A stretch of DNA of 64,000 nucleotides from a bacterium (GTDB lineage Bacteria; Electryoneota; RPQS01), in contig DASXUQ010000005.1 in assembly GCA_036504735.1 (NCBI GenBank), positions 153,377 through 217,376 on the forward strand, given 5' to 3'. Below are positions 30,889 through 44,507 of the stretch, in pieces. Position 1 is the first letter of the stretch; each line of letters starts with the position of its first letter. Below the pieces are notes generated by a model that made no database searches, was not told the origin of the DNA, and saw only the letters and a program-made list of their open reading frames with translations. The translations under genes and the position numbers were made by a program.

Positions 30889-31296
30889 TCACTTCAACTT
30901 GCGTTCCACCACTTCGGTGAGCACGCCGTGTAAGGCGCGGGGGTGAACAAACCCGATGGAGGTGTTTTCAGCTCCTGCGCGCGGCTTTTCGTCTATGAGG
31001 CGCACGCCGGAAGCTTTCATTCGCGTGAGTTCCTCCTCGACGGAGGTACTCTCTAACGCAAGGTGATGGATACCGGTTCCGTTTGCGGAGATGAAGCGGG
31101 CGATGGGCGAATCTTCGCGCGTAGCCTTCAACAATTCGACACGCAGCGAGCCGATCTCGATGACGGCCACTTCCACTCCCTGGCTTTCCACAAACTCGCG
31201 GTGAACCACTTGGCCGCCGCTCATCGTTTCCCACGAGCGAACGGCGTCCTCCAGATCCATAACCGCGATGCCGATATGATGCAGGCCGGTCAACAT
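30889..31296 (-). CDS. Methylmalonyl-CoA epimerase (VOC/glyoxalase family)
   Basis: HHIGIAV...GIHHLAL metal-binding pattern typical of MCE; 135 aa. Confidence 0.75.
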   Translation of the reverse strand: MLTGLHHIGIAVMDLEDAVRSWETMSGGQVVHREFVESQGVEVAVIEIGSLRVELLKATREDSPIARFISANGTGIHHLALESTSVEEELTRMKASGVRLIDEKPRAGAENTSIGFVHPRALHGVLTEVVERKLK

Positions 31297-31302
31297 ATGG
31301 TA

Positions 31303-34167
31303 TTACGCACCGAAAAAGCGTTCGGTTTCCTGAAAAAGTTCGGACTCACTGGCAACGGCGATGGCCGCAGAAGGCAGACTCTCACGAATGACGCGGCCAT
31401 AGCGGGACTTGAACAGGCGCGGATCGGTGATGATGGCGATACCGCGGTCCTGCGGATGACGAATCAGTCTGCCGACTCCCTGCTTAAGGCGCAGCGCCGA
31501 TACGGGAAGGCTGTACTCGGAGAAGGCGTCGCGCCCGGCATCAGTGAGAGCTTCACTGCGGGCGGCGACCCACGGGTCGGTGGGCACATCGAAAGGAATG
31601 CGGGTAACGATGAGAATCTGCAGCGCGTCGCCGACCACATCAATCCCTTCCCAGAAGCTGGCGGCGCCGACCAAGATAGCATTTCCCTGCTTGCGAAACT
31701 CGGCCACCATTTCCGCCAGAGAGCCGCTGGCGCCCTGGCTGAGCAGGCGGCGATTGGCCTTGCGAGCGACGGGGTTCAGCGCAGTGGTCAATTTGTCAAC
31801 CAGCACATTGGAGGTGCTGAGAATGAGCGTGCCACGCGGGAAGCGCTCCACAAGCTTGGCGATCAGGTCAACCGTCGCATCGGAATGTCCACCATCGCCG
31901 GCGCGCGGCGCGGGCAGATAGGTGGGGACAAAGGTGCGCATCTGCTCGGACAGGCGGAAGGGGCTGCTCAGAATGGACTCGGACAGACGCTCGGGGGGCA
32001 GCGATTCCAAGCCGAGGGACGATTTGAGCACATCGAATTTTCCGCCAACGGTGAGCGTGGCCGACGTGAGCACGACACTTTCGACGGACGGCCAGAAAAC
32101 CTTAGCCATGATCTTGCCGACGGACACCGGAGCGGCATAGAGCGCGCACCAGTTGTGCTGCGGGCTGCGGCCAAACTCGGCCCACGTAACGGCGTTGGGA
32201 TCATCTTCGCGAAGCATGTGGGCGAGTTGCTCGCGAATCTGCTCCACCCCATCGCAGGCGCTGCGCAGTTCGACCAGAGTTTCCGGGGCAAGCTTATCGT
32301 CGCCGCGCAGATCGGAAAGCTCGAGGGTGAACTTCTTCAGCGCGGAGGAAAACTCACTCCAATCGGTAAGGAACGGACCAAGGGCGCGGCAGATCTCGTC
32401 GTGAATTCGCTGGCCGACGTGGAAGCGCTGTTTGGAGGCGCGGTCATTCTCGGAGAGCATGCGCACGAGTTGGTCGGCAAGATAGCCGAAGGCCTGACGC
32501 GACGTGGCGTAGAGGCCGCGCACCTGTGAAAGCAGCGGGGTTGCGCCTTCGACCTTGGACGATTTCTCGCTCTTCTTCAGTTTGGCGGACACTGCGCCGA
32601 GCAGGCCGCGCGACGTGCGCTCATCCACGAGCCGGGAGAGCATGTTACGGAAGAGAGCGGGAGAAATTTCGAGCGTCATGGCGCCGACCATAGCGCGTTC
32701 GATCTGATGCGCTTCATCCAACACGAGCTTTTTGAAGCCGCCGGTAAAGCGCGGAAGATCGGAGACGAGCAGCGCGTGGTTGACAAAGAGCACATGGGCT
32801 TTGGCGGCGCGCTCCTGAGCGACGCGATAGAAATCGCCTTTGGCCGCGCCGCAGGCGGAGCCTGCACATGCCAGAGAATCGGAAGCTACTTGCGTCCAAA
32901 GAAACGGCAACGTGCGGATGTTAAAACCGCTGATCTCGCTGATGTCGCCGGTGGCCGTGAGTTCGGACCAGCGCAGAAGCGGCATAAGATTCATGCGGTC
33001 GACATCGGTCAGGCGTTCGCGGGACTCACGTACCAGAGACCGCAGGCGGCGTTTGCAGAGATAGTTGGCGCGGCCTTTGAGCACCGCGGCGCGGAATCCA
33101 CGGCCAAGCGCGGTGTGGATCTCGCGCATGTCTTTGCGAAAGAGCTGCTCCTGCAGCACCTTGGTGTGCGAGGAGACGATAACCTGACGGCTCGCTTCGG
33201 GGTCCGCCATCACCCAGCGCAACGCGGGCGCAAGGTAAGCGAGAGACTTGCCGACGCCGGTAGGGGCCTCGGCAAGCAAAATCTTGTTGTGGTCGAAGGA
33301 TGCTTCCGCCGCCTTGGCAAGTTCAAGCTGCATGGGGCGAAAACGGAAGAACGGCAGCTTCTTTTCGAAGACGCCGTCCTTGCCGAAAAGCTGATCCAGA
33401 TCGGGTGTCGCGGCAGGTTCTTCATCCTCTTCCCCATCGGAGATCTGAGGAAATTCTGGTCTGCCGAGTCCGGTGGTTACCTCTTCGAGAGCGGAAAAGA
33501 AGAAGCGACTGCGATGCGTGGTTCCGGAGACGAGCCAATTCAACTCGCGGGCCAACTCTTCCCAGACGCGGGAAGGAAGCGACTGCATCATGCGCGCGAG
33601 GACTTCGCCCGTGGCGCGGGCATCGTCGAGGGCGCGATGTGCCTGCACAAGTTGTACGCCGAAGGCGCGGCAGAGGGATGCCAGCGAAAAGCTGGGGAAC
33701 TCCGCCCAAAAGGTGCGGGATAGCAGCGCCGTGTCGAGGACTCGCGCCTGAAAGAACGCCAAGCGGTCACCCTGCGTGCGGGGGAGCAGATTCTCTCCCG
33801 CCGCACGCAGGAAGCCCAAGTCGAATTCGACATTTTGACCGACCAGCGGATCCGTGCCGATGAAATCGAGAAGGTCATTCGCGATATCGGCGAACGCGGG
33901 GGCGCCGGTCAGGTCTTTGTCGGTGATGCCGGTCAGTTCGATAATGAACTGATCGAGCGGGCGATCCGCCCGAACAAATGAGCGGAACTCCGAATCGGGA
34001 ACGCCATTTCTGAACCGAACCGCACCGACCTCGATAATCTGATTGACCGAGGAATCGAGTCCTGTGGTCTCGAGGTCGATGGCAACGTAGCTGGAAAGCC
34101 CGAGTTTGTCGAGCCATCCTGCCGCGCCGCTTTCGGCTGTACCGGGTTCAAAAGCTGGCGCCGTCAT
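31303..34167 (-). CDS. dinG: Bifunctional DnaQ-like 3'-5' exonuclease / DinG-family ATP-dependent helicase
   Basis: N-terminal exonuclease motif (VAIDLETTGLD), then helicase motifs (AEAPTGVGKSLAYL, DEAH box LVLDEAHQI) and the DinG-type Fe-S Cys cluster region. Confidence 0.85.
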   Translation of the reverse strand: MTAPAFEPGTAESGAAGWLDKLGLSSYVAIDLETTGLDSSVNQIIEVGAVRFRNGVPDSEFRSFVRADRPLDQFIIELTGITDKDLTGAPAFADIANDLLDFIGTDPLVGQNVEFDLGFLRAAGENLLPRTQGDRLAFFQARVLDTALLSRTFWAEFPSFSLASLCRAFGVQLVQAHRALDDARATGEVLARMMQSLPSRVWEELARELNWLVSGTTHRSRFFFSALEEVTTGLGRPEFPQISDGEEDEEPAATPDLDQLFGKDGVFEKKLPFFRFRPMQLELAKAAEASFDHNKILLAEAPTGVGKSLAYLAPALRWVMADPEASRQVIVSSHTKVLQEQLFRKDMREIHTALGRGFRAAVLKGRANYLCKRRLRSLVRESRERLTDVDRMNLMPLLRWSELTATGDISEISGFNIRTLPFLWTQVASDSLACAGSACGAAKGDFYRVAQERAAKAHVLFVNHALLVSDLPRFTGGFKKLVLDEAHQIERAMVGAMTLEISPALFRNMLSRLVDERTSRGLLGAVSAKLKKSEKSSKVEGATPLLSQVRGLYATSRQAFGYLADQLVRMLSENDRASKQRFHVGQRIHDEICRALGPFLTDWSEFSSALKKFTLELSDLRGDDKLAPETLVELRSACDGVEQIREQLAHMLREDDPNAVTWAEFGRSPQHNWCALYAAPVSVGKIMAKVFWPSVESVVLTSATLTVGGKFDVLKSSLGLESLPPERLSESILSSPFRLSEQMRTFVPTYLPAPRAGDGGHSDATVDLIAKLVERFPRGTLILSTSNVLVDKLTTALNPVARKANRRLLSQGASGSLAEMVAEFRKQGNAILVGAASFWEGIDVVGDALQILIVTRIPFDVPTDPWVAARSEALTDAGRDAFSEYSLPVSALRLKQGVGRLIRHPQDRGIAIITDPRLFKSRYGRVIRESLPSAAIAVASESELFQETERFFGA

Positions 34168-34176
34168 CGGTGTCGA

Positions 34177-35658
34177 CTACCCGCGCTTGTAGAAGGAGAT
34201 ATTGAGGGCACGCGCCGCGGTGGCCTCATCGAGACGGCGCACGGGCGTGGTATACGGAGCATTGCGAACGAGGTCGGGATTCTCCGTGATCTCCGCGTCG
34301 ATTTGCAGCATGCCGTCGATGAAGTCGTCGAGCGTTTCCTTGGTCTCGGATTCGGTCGGCTCAATCATCAGGGCTTCGTGGACAATCAGCGGGAAGTAGA
34401 CTGTCGGCGGATGGAAGCCGTAGTCGAGCAGGCGCTTGGCGATGTCCGCCGTGCGCGCGCCCCTGGATTTTTGACGGTCGCCGGAGAAGACGACTTCGTG
34501 CATCGAATAGGCCTTGTACGGCAGTTCGTAGGCATCGCACAGCTTGGCGCGCACGTAGTTGGCATTGATGATAGCCGCTTCGCTGACAAGATGCAGGCCG
34601 TCGCCGCCCATGGAGAGAATGTAGGTCAGGGCGCGGACATGAACACCGAAGTTGCCGAAGAAGGTGTGCAGATGGCCGATGGAATTGGGGCGTTCCCAAT
34701 CCCATTCGAAACCGTTGTCGACCTTTACCACAACGGGAGAAGGCAGGAACGGCTCGAGCTTCGCCTTCACGGCCACGGGACCGCTGCCCGGACCGCCACC
34801 GCCGTGAGGCGTGGAGAAGGTCTTGTGCAGGTTAATGTGGCAGGCGTCGAAGCCCATGTCGCCGGGACGAGCAATGCCGAGCAGAGCGTTGAGATTGGCG
34901 CCATCCATATAAACGAGGCCGCCCACGTCGTGCACAAGCTTCGTGATTTCGGCAATGCGAGATTCGAACAGGCCGACTGTGTTGGGATTGGTGATCATCA
35001 AGGCGGCGACGTCGGCATCGAGCACCTTCTTCAGACCTTCGACGTCGACGAGACCATCGGGGCCGCTGGGAAGTTCGATCACCTCATACCCCGCCATAAC
35101 GATGGACGCGGGATTGGTGCCGTGGGCGCTGTCAGGAATAATCACCTTCTTGCGCGGCGTGCCGCCGGTCTTGACGTGATATTCGCGGAACATGAGCAGC
35201 GCGGTGAGTTCACCCTGCGCGCCGGCGGACGGCTGGAGCGTCACCGCATCCATCCCGCTGATTTCGGCGAGCGCGCGAGCGAGTTGGTACTCGACTTCGA
35301 GCGCACCCTGACAGGTGATGGCGGGTTGCAGCGGGTGAATGGCGGAGAAGCCGGGCATAGCGGCCACTTCTTCATTAACGCGGGGGTTGTACTTCATGGT
35401 ACAGGAACCCAGCGGGTAGAAGTCACGGTCGATGTGGTGATTGCGCACGGAGAGATTGGTGTAGTGGCGCATCACGGTATTTTCGGAGACCTCGGGCAGG
35501 CGCGGCAAGGTCTTGCGTTGCAGATCGGCGGGAAGCGCGGCTGCTTTGGCGACGCCGGGCACGGCGGGCACATCGTAGCCGACGCGGCCGGGGTGGCTGA
35601 GTTCGAAGATCAGCGGAGTTTCCGATTGCAGACTGCGGACATTTCTCTTCTTCGGCAT
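34177..35658 (-). CDS. gcvPB: Glycine dehydrogenase (decarboxylating) subunit 2
   Basis: PLP-lysine region [16 protein letters not shown] and the conserved N-terminal HYTNLS... Confidence 0.9.
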   Translation of the reverse strand: MPKKRNVRSLQSETPLIFELSHPGRVGYDVPAVPGVAKAAALPADLQRKTLPRLPEVSENTVMRHYTNLSVRNHHIDRDFYPLGSCTMKYNPRVNEEVAAMPGFSAIHPLQPAITCQGALEVEYQLARALAEISGMDAVTLQPSAGAQGELTALLMFREYHVKTGGTPRKKVIIPDSAHGTNPASIVMAGYEVIELPSGPDGLVDVEGLKKVLDADVAALMITNPNTVGLFESRIAEITKLVHDVGGLVYMDGANLNALLGIARPGDMGFDACHINLHKTFSTPHGGGGPGSGPVAVKAKLEPFLPSPVVVKVDNGFEWDWERPNSIGHLHTFFGNFGVHVRALTYILSMGGDGLHLVSEAAIINANYVRAKLCDAYELPYKAYSMHEVVFSGDRQKSRGARTADIAKRLLDYGFHPPTVYFPLIVHEALMIEPTESETKETLDDFIDGMLQIDAEITENPDLVRNAPYTTPVRRLDEATAARALNISFYKRG

Positions 35659-37013
35659 TAGCGTTGCCCTCCCATGAAGTCGCGGACACTCGCCACATAC
35701 TGGTCCAGCTCTTCTTTCGTACGGCTTTCGGTGACCGCCACGAGCAGGGCGTCGTCCATTTTGACGCGGAAACGCTTGAGCGGAATGCCAGCGAGAATCC
35801 GGCGCTTGGCCATGAACTCGAGGAACGCGGCGATATCCTGGCCTTCGAGCTTGATGACGAATTCTTTGAAGTGCGGGCCGCTGAAGGGGAACTGCACACC
35901 CTTAATCGTCTGGAGTTGCTGGCGCAGATAGGCGCAAAGATTCATGCAGGCTTCGCCCACACCGCGCAGGCCCTGCGGGCCGAGCATCGCCATGTAGAAC
36001 GTGGCGCGCGCGGCAATGAGGCCTTCATTGGTACAGATGTTGGAGGTGGCTTTGTCGCGGCGGATGTGCTGCTCGCGCGTCTGCAGAGTGAGCACATACC
36101 CACGGCGGCCATCGACGTCCTTGGTGACGCCGACGATCCGGCCCGGCATGCGGCGCATGAGTTTCTCGCGAGCGGCAAAGAGCCCGACATAGGGGCCGCC
36201 GTAAGACTGGTAGTTGCCCAGGCACTGGCCTTCGCCGACGACGATATCAGCGCCCCAGTTGCCCGGAGCTTCCAGAACGCCCATAGCGATGGGATCGGCG
36301 ACAACAATCGCGAGTGCGCCGGCGTCCTGCACGGCCTTGATGTGCGGCTGAAGGTTCTCCACCACGCCGAAGAAGTTCGGATACTGGAAGACCACGGCAG
36401 CAACATCAGAATTCAGCGTGGACGACAGGGCGTCCGGAGCAAGTTTGCCATCCTGCATGGGAAGCAGATCGAAGCGCAGTCCGGACGGATGTCCGAGGGT
36501 CTGCGTGACCTTGCGATAGTGGGGATGAACGCTGGACGGCCAGAGCACGCGATTGCGGCGGGTGTGGCCGGCGGCAAGCATGACGGCTTCGCCAAGGGCG
36601 GTGCCGCCGTCGTACATGCTGGCGTTGGCGGCATCCATGCCGAACAGCTCGCAGATCATGGACTGGAATTCATAGATAGTTTGCAGCGTACCCTGCGACA
36701 CTTCCGGTTGATAGGGAGTGTACGCGGTGAGGAATTCGCTGCGGCCCGCGAGGGCATTGACGGCCGCCGGCACGACGTGGTCGTAGCTGCCCGCACCGAG
36801 GAAACTGGTGAGGTCGGCGGAATGGAGGTTCTTCCGAGCCAGAGCGGTCATCGCGCGGGTCACTTCCCATTCGGACTTGCCGGGGGGAAGATCCAGCGGC
36901 CGCTTGAGCCGGAGGGCATCCGGCACATTGGTCAGAAGTTCATCCAATGATGAAACCCCGATCTCGCGGAGCATCTGCTCGCGATCTTCGGGGGTAAGAG
37001 GAATATATCTCAT
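35658..37013 (-). CDS. gcvPA: Glycine dehydrogenase (decarboxylating) subunit 1
   Basis: Classic GcvPA N-terminus [27 protein letters not shown] and a 1-nt overlap with gcvPB. Confidence 0.9.
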   Translation of the reverse strand: MRYIPLTPEDREQMLREIGVSSLDELLTNVPDALRLKRPLDLPPGKSEWEVTRAMTALARKNLHSADLTSFLGAGSYDHVVPAAVNALAGRSEFLTAYTPYQPEVSQGTLQTIYEFQSMICELFGMDAANASMYDGGTALGEAVMLAAGHTRRNRVLWPSSVHPHYRKVTQTLGHPSGLRFDLLPMQDGKLAPDALSSTLNSDVAAVVFQYPNFFGVVENLQPHIKAVQDAGALAIVVADPIAMGVLEAPGNWGADIVVGEGQCLGNYQSYGGPYVGLFAAREKLMRRMPGRIVGVTKDVDGRRGYVLTLQTREQHIRRDKATSNICTNEGLIAARATFYMAMLGPQGLRGVGEACMNLCAYLRQQLQTIKGVQFPFSGPHFKEFVIKLEGQDIAAFLEFMAKRRILAGIPLKRFRVKMDDALLVAVTESRTKEELDQYVASVRDFMGGQR

Positions 37014-37058
37014 TAGTCAGTAGCCGTTAGCAAAAGTTGGGGAACGTAACGAGGAATG

Positions 37059-37436
37059 TCAGACCAGAGCGGAATACGCCGCGGCATTGAGCAGGTTGGC
37101 GCGCTCGGCGGAGAAATTGGACAGCTTGAATTTGGCTACCCAACCCTTGCCGTATGGATCCTGATTCATGGTCTCGGGATTGTCATTCAGCACGTTGTTG
37201 ATTTCGATCACATCGCCGGAAACGGGCGAGTAGATGTCGGCTACGGCCTTGACGGCCTCAATCGAACCGATGGACTGGCCTTGCGAGGCCTTGGTGCCGA
37301 CGGACGGCAACTGGACAAAGACGACGTCGCCGAGTTCGCCCTGGGCATAATCCGTGATACCGACCACAGCGGTGTCGCCTTCAACGCGAACCCATTCGTG
37401 ATCCTTAGTGTAGAGCAAATCCTGTGGAATGTTCAT
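37059..37436 (-). CDS. gcvH: Glycine cleavage system H protein
   Basis: Lipoyl-lysine motif IEAVKAVADIYSPVSG; 125 aa. Confidence 0.9.
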   Translation of the reverse strand: MNIPQDLLYTKDHEWVRVEGDTAVVGITDYAQGELGDVVFVQLPSVGTKASQGQSIGSIEAVKAVADIYSPVSGDVIEINNVLNDNPETMNQDPYGKGWVAKFKLSNFSAERANLLNAAAYSALV

Positions 37437-37539
37437 AGCTTCCTCAAAAGTTTATGGCGAACAGGCAATGCGCCCGCCGCCGCGTTGCAGTAGGAGTCCT
37501 ATCAGGTTGCCCAAGAGCCGAACAGGCCCCGGGCGTGAA

Positions 37540-39060
37540 TTAGTTGGGGGAAAGTCTGTAAACGGTCTGGGAGAAGCCGCTGTACGACACGGAGTAGACG
37601 ATGACACTGTCGGCCATGACGAGTCGGACACTGGTGCCGGTACCCGCACCGTCGACGCTGAAGGCGCTGATCCAATGACCGTCCGGGTTGAAGACATGAA
37701 CCGACCATGTGCTGTCGTTGACCGCGGCGCCGGGGAAACCGAGCCCCGCACCACCTGCAAACTGCTCCGTAAGTTCGGTGGGGTAGGCCTGGGTGGAAAC
37801 CGCGCTGCCGCCGGTGAAGGGGTAACGGGCGATTTCCCGGCGAAGAGGATCCTGAGCCGAGGATTGGTCCACAACCCAGTATTGTTGAAAAAGCCTTCCG
37901 ATGGGGAAGGAATCGGCGATCACGGTGGAGTCGAGAACACCTTCGATGGAATAGCCCCACGCGGTGTCGGGGCCGGTCGAATGCTCTATGACCCAAACGA
38001 GGTGCGCGACGCGGTCGTACTCGACACTGATCTGATCGTTGCAGTTATAAACCGGATGACTTACGATGGGGTGACCGGTTGTCGAATCCCTAACCACGCG
38101 AACGATGCCGCAGGGAGACGAGTCCGGCGCAGCATACACCCCGTAGAGAAATACATCGCGGCCATCGGAGATAATATTCCCGGCGGGAAAGACGCCAAGG
38201 TTATCCCGGCGGTAAGACTGCATCGGGGGAATGGCCCAGAAAGAGAGCGTATCGCGGCACCCGCCCGAGGCGGCGGCAAGGTACGTCACGCCATATTTGT
38301 CGCCGAGTTGAATACGGCTGTCGGTGAGCATGTGCGCGCCGTGGGTGAAGTCGAGGAAAATCGAGTCGCTGACCGCGCCGGCAGTGCTATGAAAGGAGAG
38401 ATCGAACGCATGCAGCGTATCGAAGGCGATGCCGTGTTGCGAATCGAGATAGACCCGGAACTGGCAGAGCGTCGAAGGATCGGCTCCGATCTTTACGAAA
38501 GATCCTTCCACTCCCCGGTTGAGATTTGCCGTAAACCGTCCGCTGAGGGCCGTGACGGTGAAGGTCACCGTGCGAGCGGAATCCAACATGCCAACGGTTC
38601 CGGTCTGCGCCGCTTCAATGACCTTATTCAGTGCTTCGCCGCTGTTGCCGACAGGCATGGTGTCCACCCGTGTGAACTGGGTGGCGAGGCCCCGAAACGA
38701 TGTCTGGATGACTGCCGGAATTTCGGCGCCATTGATCGTGCGGTTGAGCGCGAGATGGAATCCTTCGCGGTAGGTCCCTGCCGGGATCTGAAATCCGGCG
38801 CTGGTCCACGAGGCGGTCTCCCCCGCGACAAACTCGACACTGCCGTCACAAGCAAGAGTCGGATCGGACACCAGTGTGACCGATTCCTGCAAACCGACCT
38901 GATGACGGAAACTGAAGGGATCGCAATTGGCGAACATCAGCTGCGTACCATCCGGAAGCACAGGCTCCGGGCCGACGGCCTTGTCATCCTGTTTGCAACT
39001 TGTGGCAAGCAGGATCGCGCACAAAACGAAACACAATCCGAGGAACGTGTAGCCCTTCAT
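37540..39060 (-). CDS. Lipoprotein, hypothetical (beta-rich, 506 aa)
   Basis: Signal peptide plus lipobox LLATSC. No recognisable catalytic motif. Confidence 0.55.
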   Translation of the reverse strand: MKGYTFLGLCFVLCAILLATSCKQDDKAVGPEPVLPDGTQLMFANCDPFSFRHQVGLQESVTLVSDPTLACDGSVEFVAGETASWTSAGFQIPAGTYREGFHLALNRTINGAEIPAVIQTSFRGLATQFTRVDTMPVGNSGEALNKVIEAAQTGTVGMLDSARTVTFTVTALSGRFTANLNRGVEGSFVKIGADPSTLCQFRVYLDSQHGIAFDTLHAFDLSFHSTAGAVSDSIFLDFTHGAHMLTDSRIQLGDKYGVTYLAAASGGCRDTLSFWAIPPMQSYRRDNLGVFPAGNIISDGRDVFLYGVYAAPDSSPCGIVRVVRDSTTGHPIVSHPVYNCNDQISVEYDRVAHLVWVIEHSTGPDTAWGYSIEGVLDSTVIADSFPIGRLFQQYWVVDQSSAQDPLRREIARYPFTGGSAVSTQAYPTELTEQFAGGAGLGFPGAAVNDSTWSVHVFNPDGHWISAFSVDGAGTGTSVRLVMADSVIVYSVSYSGFSQTVYRLSPN

Positions 39061-39066
39061 ACTTGG

Positions 39067-40428
39067 TCAAGAAGCTGTTTTAGCAGCCTCCCGCTCCATG
39101 AATTCTTCAACCCACTTGGTGTGTACGTCACTGGCGATAAACTGTTCGAGCAGCAGAACCTTCTGATGGAACGGAATCGTCGTTTTGATGCCTTCAACGA
39201 CGAATTCATCGAGGGCGCGGCGCATGCGGGCGATGGCTTCGGAGCGGTCGCGGCCCCAGGCGATGAGTTTAGCAATCAGACTGTCATAATACGGGGGAAT
39301 CGTATAGCCCTGATAGATGTGGGTGTCCACACGGATTCCGGGGCCGCCGGGTATATTCAGCGCCGTAATTTTGCCCGGGCAAGGCATGAAACTGCGGCTG
39401 GGATCTTCGGCGTTGATACGGCACTCGATGGCGTGGCCTCTGAACTGAATCGAACTCTGCTTCAGGAGCGGCTCGCCGAGGGCGACGCGCAATTGTTCCT
39501 TGGCGAGATCGACACCGGTCACCATTTCGGTAACGGGATGCTCCACCTGAATACGCGTGTTCATTTCCATGAAGTAGAAATTGAGGTCGCGGTCCACCAG
39601 GAACTCCATCGTGCCGCAGGACGCGTAGCCAATGGCCGCAGCGGCTTCCGAGGCGACCTTGCCCATGCGCTGCCGCAGGTCGGGAGTCACCACGGGGGAC
39701 GGAGATTCCTCGATCAACTTCTGATGGCGGCGCTGCGTGGAGCAGTCCCGCTCGCCGAGGTGAATGCAGCCGCCCTTGCCGTCGCCGAGAATTTGAATCT
39801 CCACATGACGGGGTTCGAGAATCGCCTTCTCCACATAGAGGTCGCCGTTATTGAACGACGCTTCGGCTTCGGCGTGTGCCATTTCGAAGGACGATTCGAG
39901 ATTCTCCATGCGGGTCACCAGCCGCATACCGCGTCCGCCGCCACCGGCGACGGCCTTGATCATGATGGGCAGGCCCATCTCTTCGGCAAGTCGGCGTGCC
40001 TCGGCGACACCGCTGACGGGACCATCGCTGCCGGGAATCACCGGACACCCGACGGCCTGCATGGTGCGTTTGGCTTCGGACTTGTGGCCCATCTTGTTGA
40101 TGACCGAGGGATCGGGGCCGATCCAGACAAGACCGTGATCGATACAAATCTGCGCGAAGTCGGCATTCTCCGCCAGAAATCCATAGCCGGGATGGAGGGC
40201 GTCGGCATTGGTGATCTCCGCCGCGGCAATGAGAGCCTTGGGTTGGAGATAACTCTCGGAAGACGGCGGCGGTCCGATGCACACGGACTCATCCGCGAAC
40301 TTCACGTGCAACGCGTCACGGTCAGCCGTGGAATGCACGGCGACGGACTTGATTCCCATCTCGCGGCAGGCGCGGATAATCCGCAGGGCGATTTCGCCTC
40401 GGTTGGCAATAAGTACTTTTTCGAACAT
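39067..40428 (-). CDS. accC: Acetyl-CoA carboxylase biotin carboxylase subunit
   Basis: ATP-grasp biotin carboxylase fold beginning [23 protein letters not shown]. Confidence 0.95.
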   Translation of the reverse strand: MFEKVLIANRGEIALRIIRACREMGIKSVAVHSTADRDALHVKFADESVCIGPPPSSESYLQPKALIAAAEITNADALHPGYGFLAENADFAQICIDHGLVWIGPDPSVINKMGHKSEAKRTMQAVGCPVIPGSDGPVSGVAEARRLAEEMGLPIMIKAVAGGGGRGMRLVTRMENLESSFEMAHAEAEASFNNGDLYVEKAILEPRHVEIQILGDGKGGCIHLGERDCSTQRRHQKLIEESPSPVVTPDLRQRMGKVASEAAAAIGYASCGTMEFLVDRDLNFYFMEMNTRIQVEHPVTEMVTGVDLAKEQLRVALGEPLLKQSSIQFRGHAIECRINAEDPSRSFMPCPGKITALNIPGGPGIRVDTHIYQGYTIPPYYDSLIAKLIAWGRDRSEAIARMRRALDEFVVEGIKTTIPFHQKVLLLEQFIASDVHTKWVEEFMEREAAKTAS

Positions 40429-40940
40429 CAGGCCACGCTGGTGTCTACACGGAAGAGAATCTGGCCGAATTCGACGGGCTGCGCATTCTCGACCACGATT
40501 TCGACGATGCGGCCACGGACTTCGGATTCCAGCTCATTCATGAGCTTCATCGCCTCGACAATGCAAATCACCTTACCGGGTTCGACGGTGTCCCCCATGC
40601 GCACGTACGGCTCCGCATCGGGAGACGGTGCGCGGTAGAAGGTTCCGACCATCGGCGACTTGATCTCATGAAGCTGGCGTTTGCTGTCGGCAGGCGGCGC
40701 CGCGACCGGGGCGGCAGGCGCAGCAGCCACGGGAGCGGCAGGCGCGGCGACGGTCATTGCCGGAGCGGGCATCATGTGAACAGCAGAGTTCGCGACGCCG
40801 TTCTTCGAGATCCGGATCTTCAGCTCTTTGTCCACGAGTTCGAACTCGGTGATCGGACTTTTCTCAATCATTTCAATGAGCTTCTTGATATCTTGAAGCT
40901 CGATGCGGCTTTTTTCGATCTTCGGTCGCGTAGCGGCCAT
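40428..40940 (-). CDS. accB: Acetyl-CoA carboxylase biotin carboxyl carrier protein
   Basis: Biotinyl-lysine motif EAMKLMNE and an Ala/Pro-rich linker. Start chosen at ATG 40940, preceded by AGGAGG. The longer ORF to 41063 lacks an RBS. Confidence 0.85.
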   Translation of the reverse strand: MAATRPKIEKSRIELQDIKKLIEMIEKSPITEFELVDKELKIRISKNGVANSAVHMMPAPAMTVAAPAAPVAAAPAAPVAAPPADSKRQLHEIKSPMVGTFYRAPSPDAEPYVRMGDTVEPGKVICIVEAMKLMNELESEVRGRIVEIVVENAQPVEFGQILFRVDTSVA

Positions 40941-41059
40941 AAACGTCCTCCTAATCTGCGGCCCAGGGAGCAAAATGTGCGTTGCCTGCTGGATCCGTTC
41001 CTGTTCGCTCACGTCCGGGCCACATGCATCGTGGCGCGGATGTCGCTGCTCAGTAACTG

Positions 41060-41560
41060 TCAAACGGGAGTCCGGCGCTTGCGCGGCGGAGAGTCCCCTG
41101 TGGGGTGCGGCGTGCTTCCCGCGCTATGCGGTTCGGGCACCGCACCGGAGTCCGGTCTGATTTCCGGCGTGTTTTGTCGTGGGATGACGACTTCAAGCGA
41201 ATCGAAGGCCCGGGACAGAGCCCGGTAGAGCCGCCATTCCGGCAGCATGGAGTCGGGCTCCTGCGGGCCGGCTGGCTTGGCTTTCTTCCTTACGAACGGG
41301 ACAGATGGCATTGGTTGTACCCGTACGGGAACCACAGGTTCCGGCATGGTCAGAAAGGCCGGAGCCTCGGCAACCGGTGCGGGCAGGCTATGCGGCGCTC
41401 TGCCTTTCCAGAGGAGAAGCGCTACTCCGAAGAACAGCACCCCATACACTCCGAACACTGCAACCGGCTTGCGACGCCGCCATGCCTTGACGGCGGCGAC
41501 CGTCCCCAAAACAATGCCTGCCGCGACGGAAACCGTCGCAAGCAGAGCCCGGTAATCCAT
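41060..41560 (-). CDS. Hypothetical Pro-rich membrane protein between efp and accB
   Basis: One or two TM helices at the N-terminus and a Pro-rich tail. No homology recognised. May be non-coding spacer instead. Confidence 0.35.
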   Translation of the reverse strand: MDYRALLATVSVAAGIVLGTVAAVKAWRRRKPVAVFGVYGVLFFGVALLLWKGRAPHSLPAPVAEAPAFLTMPEPVVPVRVQPMPSVPFVRKKAKPAGPQEPDSMLPEWRLYRALSRAFDSLEVVIPRQNTPEIRPDSGAVPEPHSAGSTPHPTGDSPPRKRRTPV

Positions 41561-41581
41561 AATCAGTTCACCGGACGGTCG

Positions 41582-42145
41582 TTAGCGCTTCACGCGGTCC
41601 AAATACTCCGAGGTGCGCGTGTCAACGCGAATCACGTCGCCCTGATCCACGAAGAACGGGACTTGCACGACCGCGCCGGTCTCGAGAGTGGCGGGTTTGC
41701 CGGAGCCGGACACGGTATCCCCTTTGACGCCGGGCGCGGTCTCGGTGATTTGCAGTTCAAGGAAGTTGGGGACTTCCATGCTGAGGGGAACGTCCTGGAG
41801 GAAGCTGACGCGGCAGACGACCCCGTCCTTCATCCACTTGCCGTTGTCGCCGACCAGTTCCGGGCCGAGTACGATCTGTTCGAAGGACTCCTGGTCCATG
41901 AAGTTGTAGCCGTCGCCGTCGTGGTAAAGGAACTGCATATCGCGCGTTTCGACGCGCACGATATCGAGGGACGCGCCGGAATTGAGCGTGCGCTCGATGA
42001 CGCGGCCTGTTTTGATGTTACGCAGTGTAATCCGCACAAAGGCACCGCCTTTGCCCGGCTTCACATGCTGGAAGTCAGCGATCAGGAAAATTTGGCCTTC
42101 CATCTGAACAGTCAGGCCTTTGCGGATGTCAGCAGTCGTCGCCAT
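41582..42145 (-). CDS. efp: Elongation factor P
   Basis: KPGKGGAFVRITLRNIKTG loop; 187 aa. Confidence 0.9.
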   Translation of the reverse strand: MATTADIRKGLTVQMEGQIFLIADFQHVKPGKGGAFVRITLRNIKTGRVIERTLNSGASLDIVRVETRDMQFLYHDGDGYNFMDQESFEQIVLGPELVGDNGKWMKDGVVCRVSFLQDVPLSMEVPNFLELQITETAPGVKGDTVSGSGKPATLETGAVVQVPFFVDQGDVIRVDTRTSEYLDRVKR

Positions 42146-42206
42146 GTTTAAAGGGTTCCGTAATCTCGATGTTGAACAGGGAAAAGAGCGGAGCGCAACC
42201 GCGAGG

Positions 42207-44225
<2,019 letters not shown>

Positions 44226-44507
44226 TTAACATCACTATAGCAGGGTGCGAATCCTCCTCGCACTCCCAGCTTACCAAGGTACGTTATAGCGTCGCAATTT
44301 ACTAAAACATACACAAAATAGCAACCCCGGATGTTTAGGCGGTGCCTCTTTGACATGGGGAGTCCCGATGCAGGAAAGTAGGCCTGAACTGTTCACAGGA
44401 TTATGATATTCCTTGAAATCCGCTTGCAATTAAGTGACGCTTTGGGTATATTGAACCGATCCATGAGCCCCAATTTTTTGGTAAATTCTGATATAGCCCC
44501 GGCTATG

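Noticed and set aside
37437-37539. Possible glycine riboswitch upstream of gcvH-gcvPA-gcvPB
   Set aside because: The 103-nt spacer lacks the conserved ACCGAAGG / CUCUGGAGAG aptamer elements. It is too short for the usual tandem aptamer.
37429-40638. Very long plus-strand ORF (1069 aa) spanning the lipoprotein, accC and accB region
   Set aside because: It is the mirror frame of well-supported minus-strand genes (accC and accB have unmistakable motifs). Long antisense ORFs are expected in about 62% GC DNA, and its translation is low-complexity (Gly/Arg/Ala-rich) without motifs.
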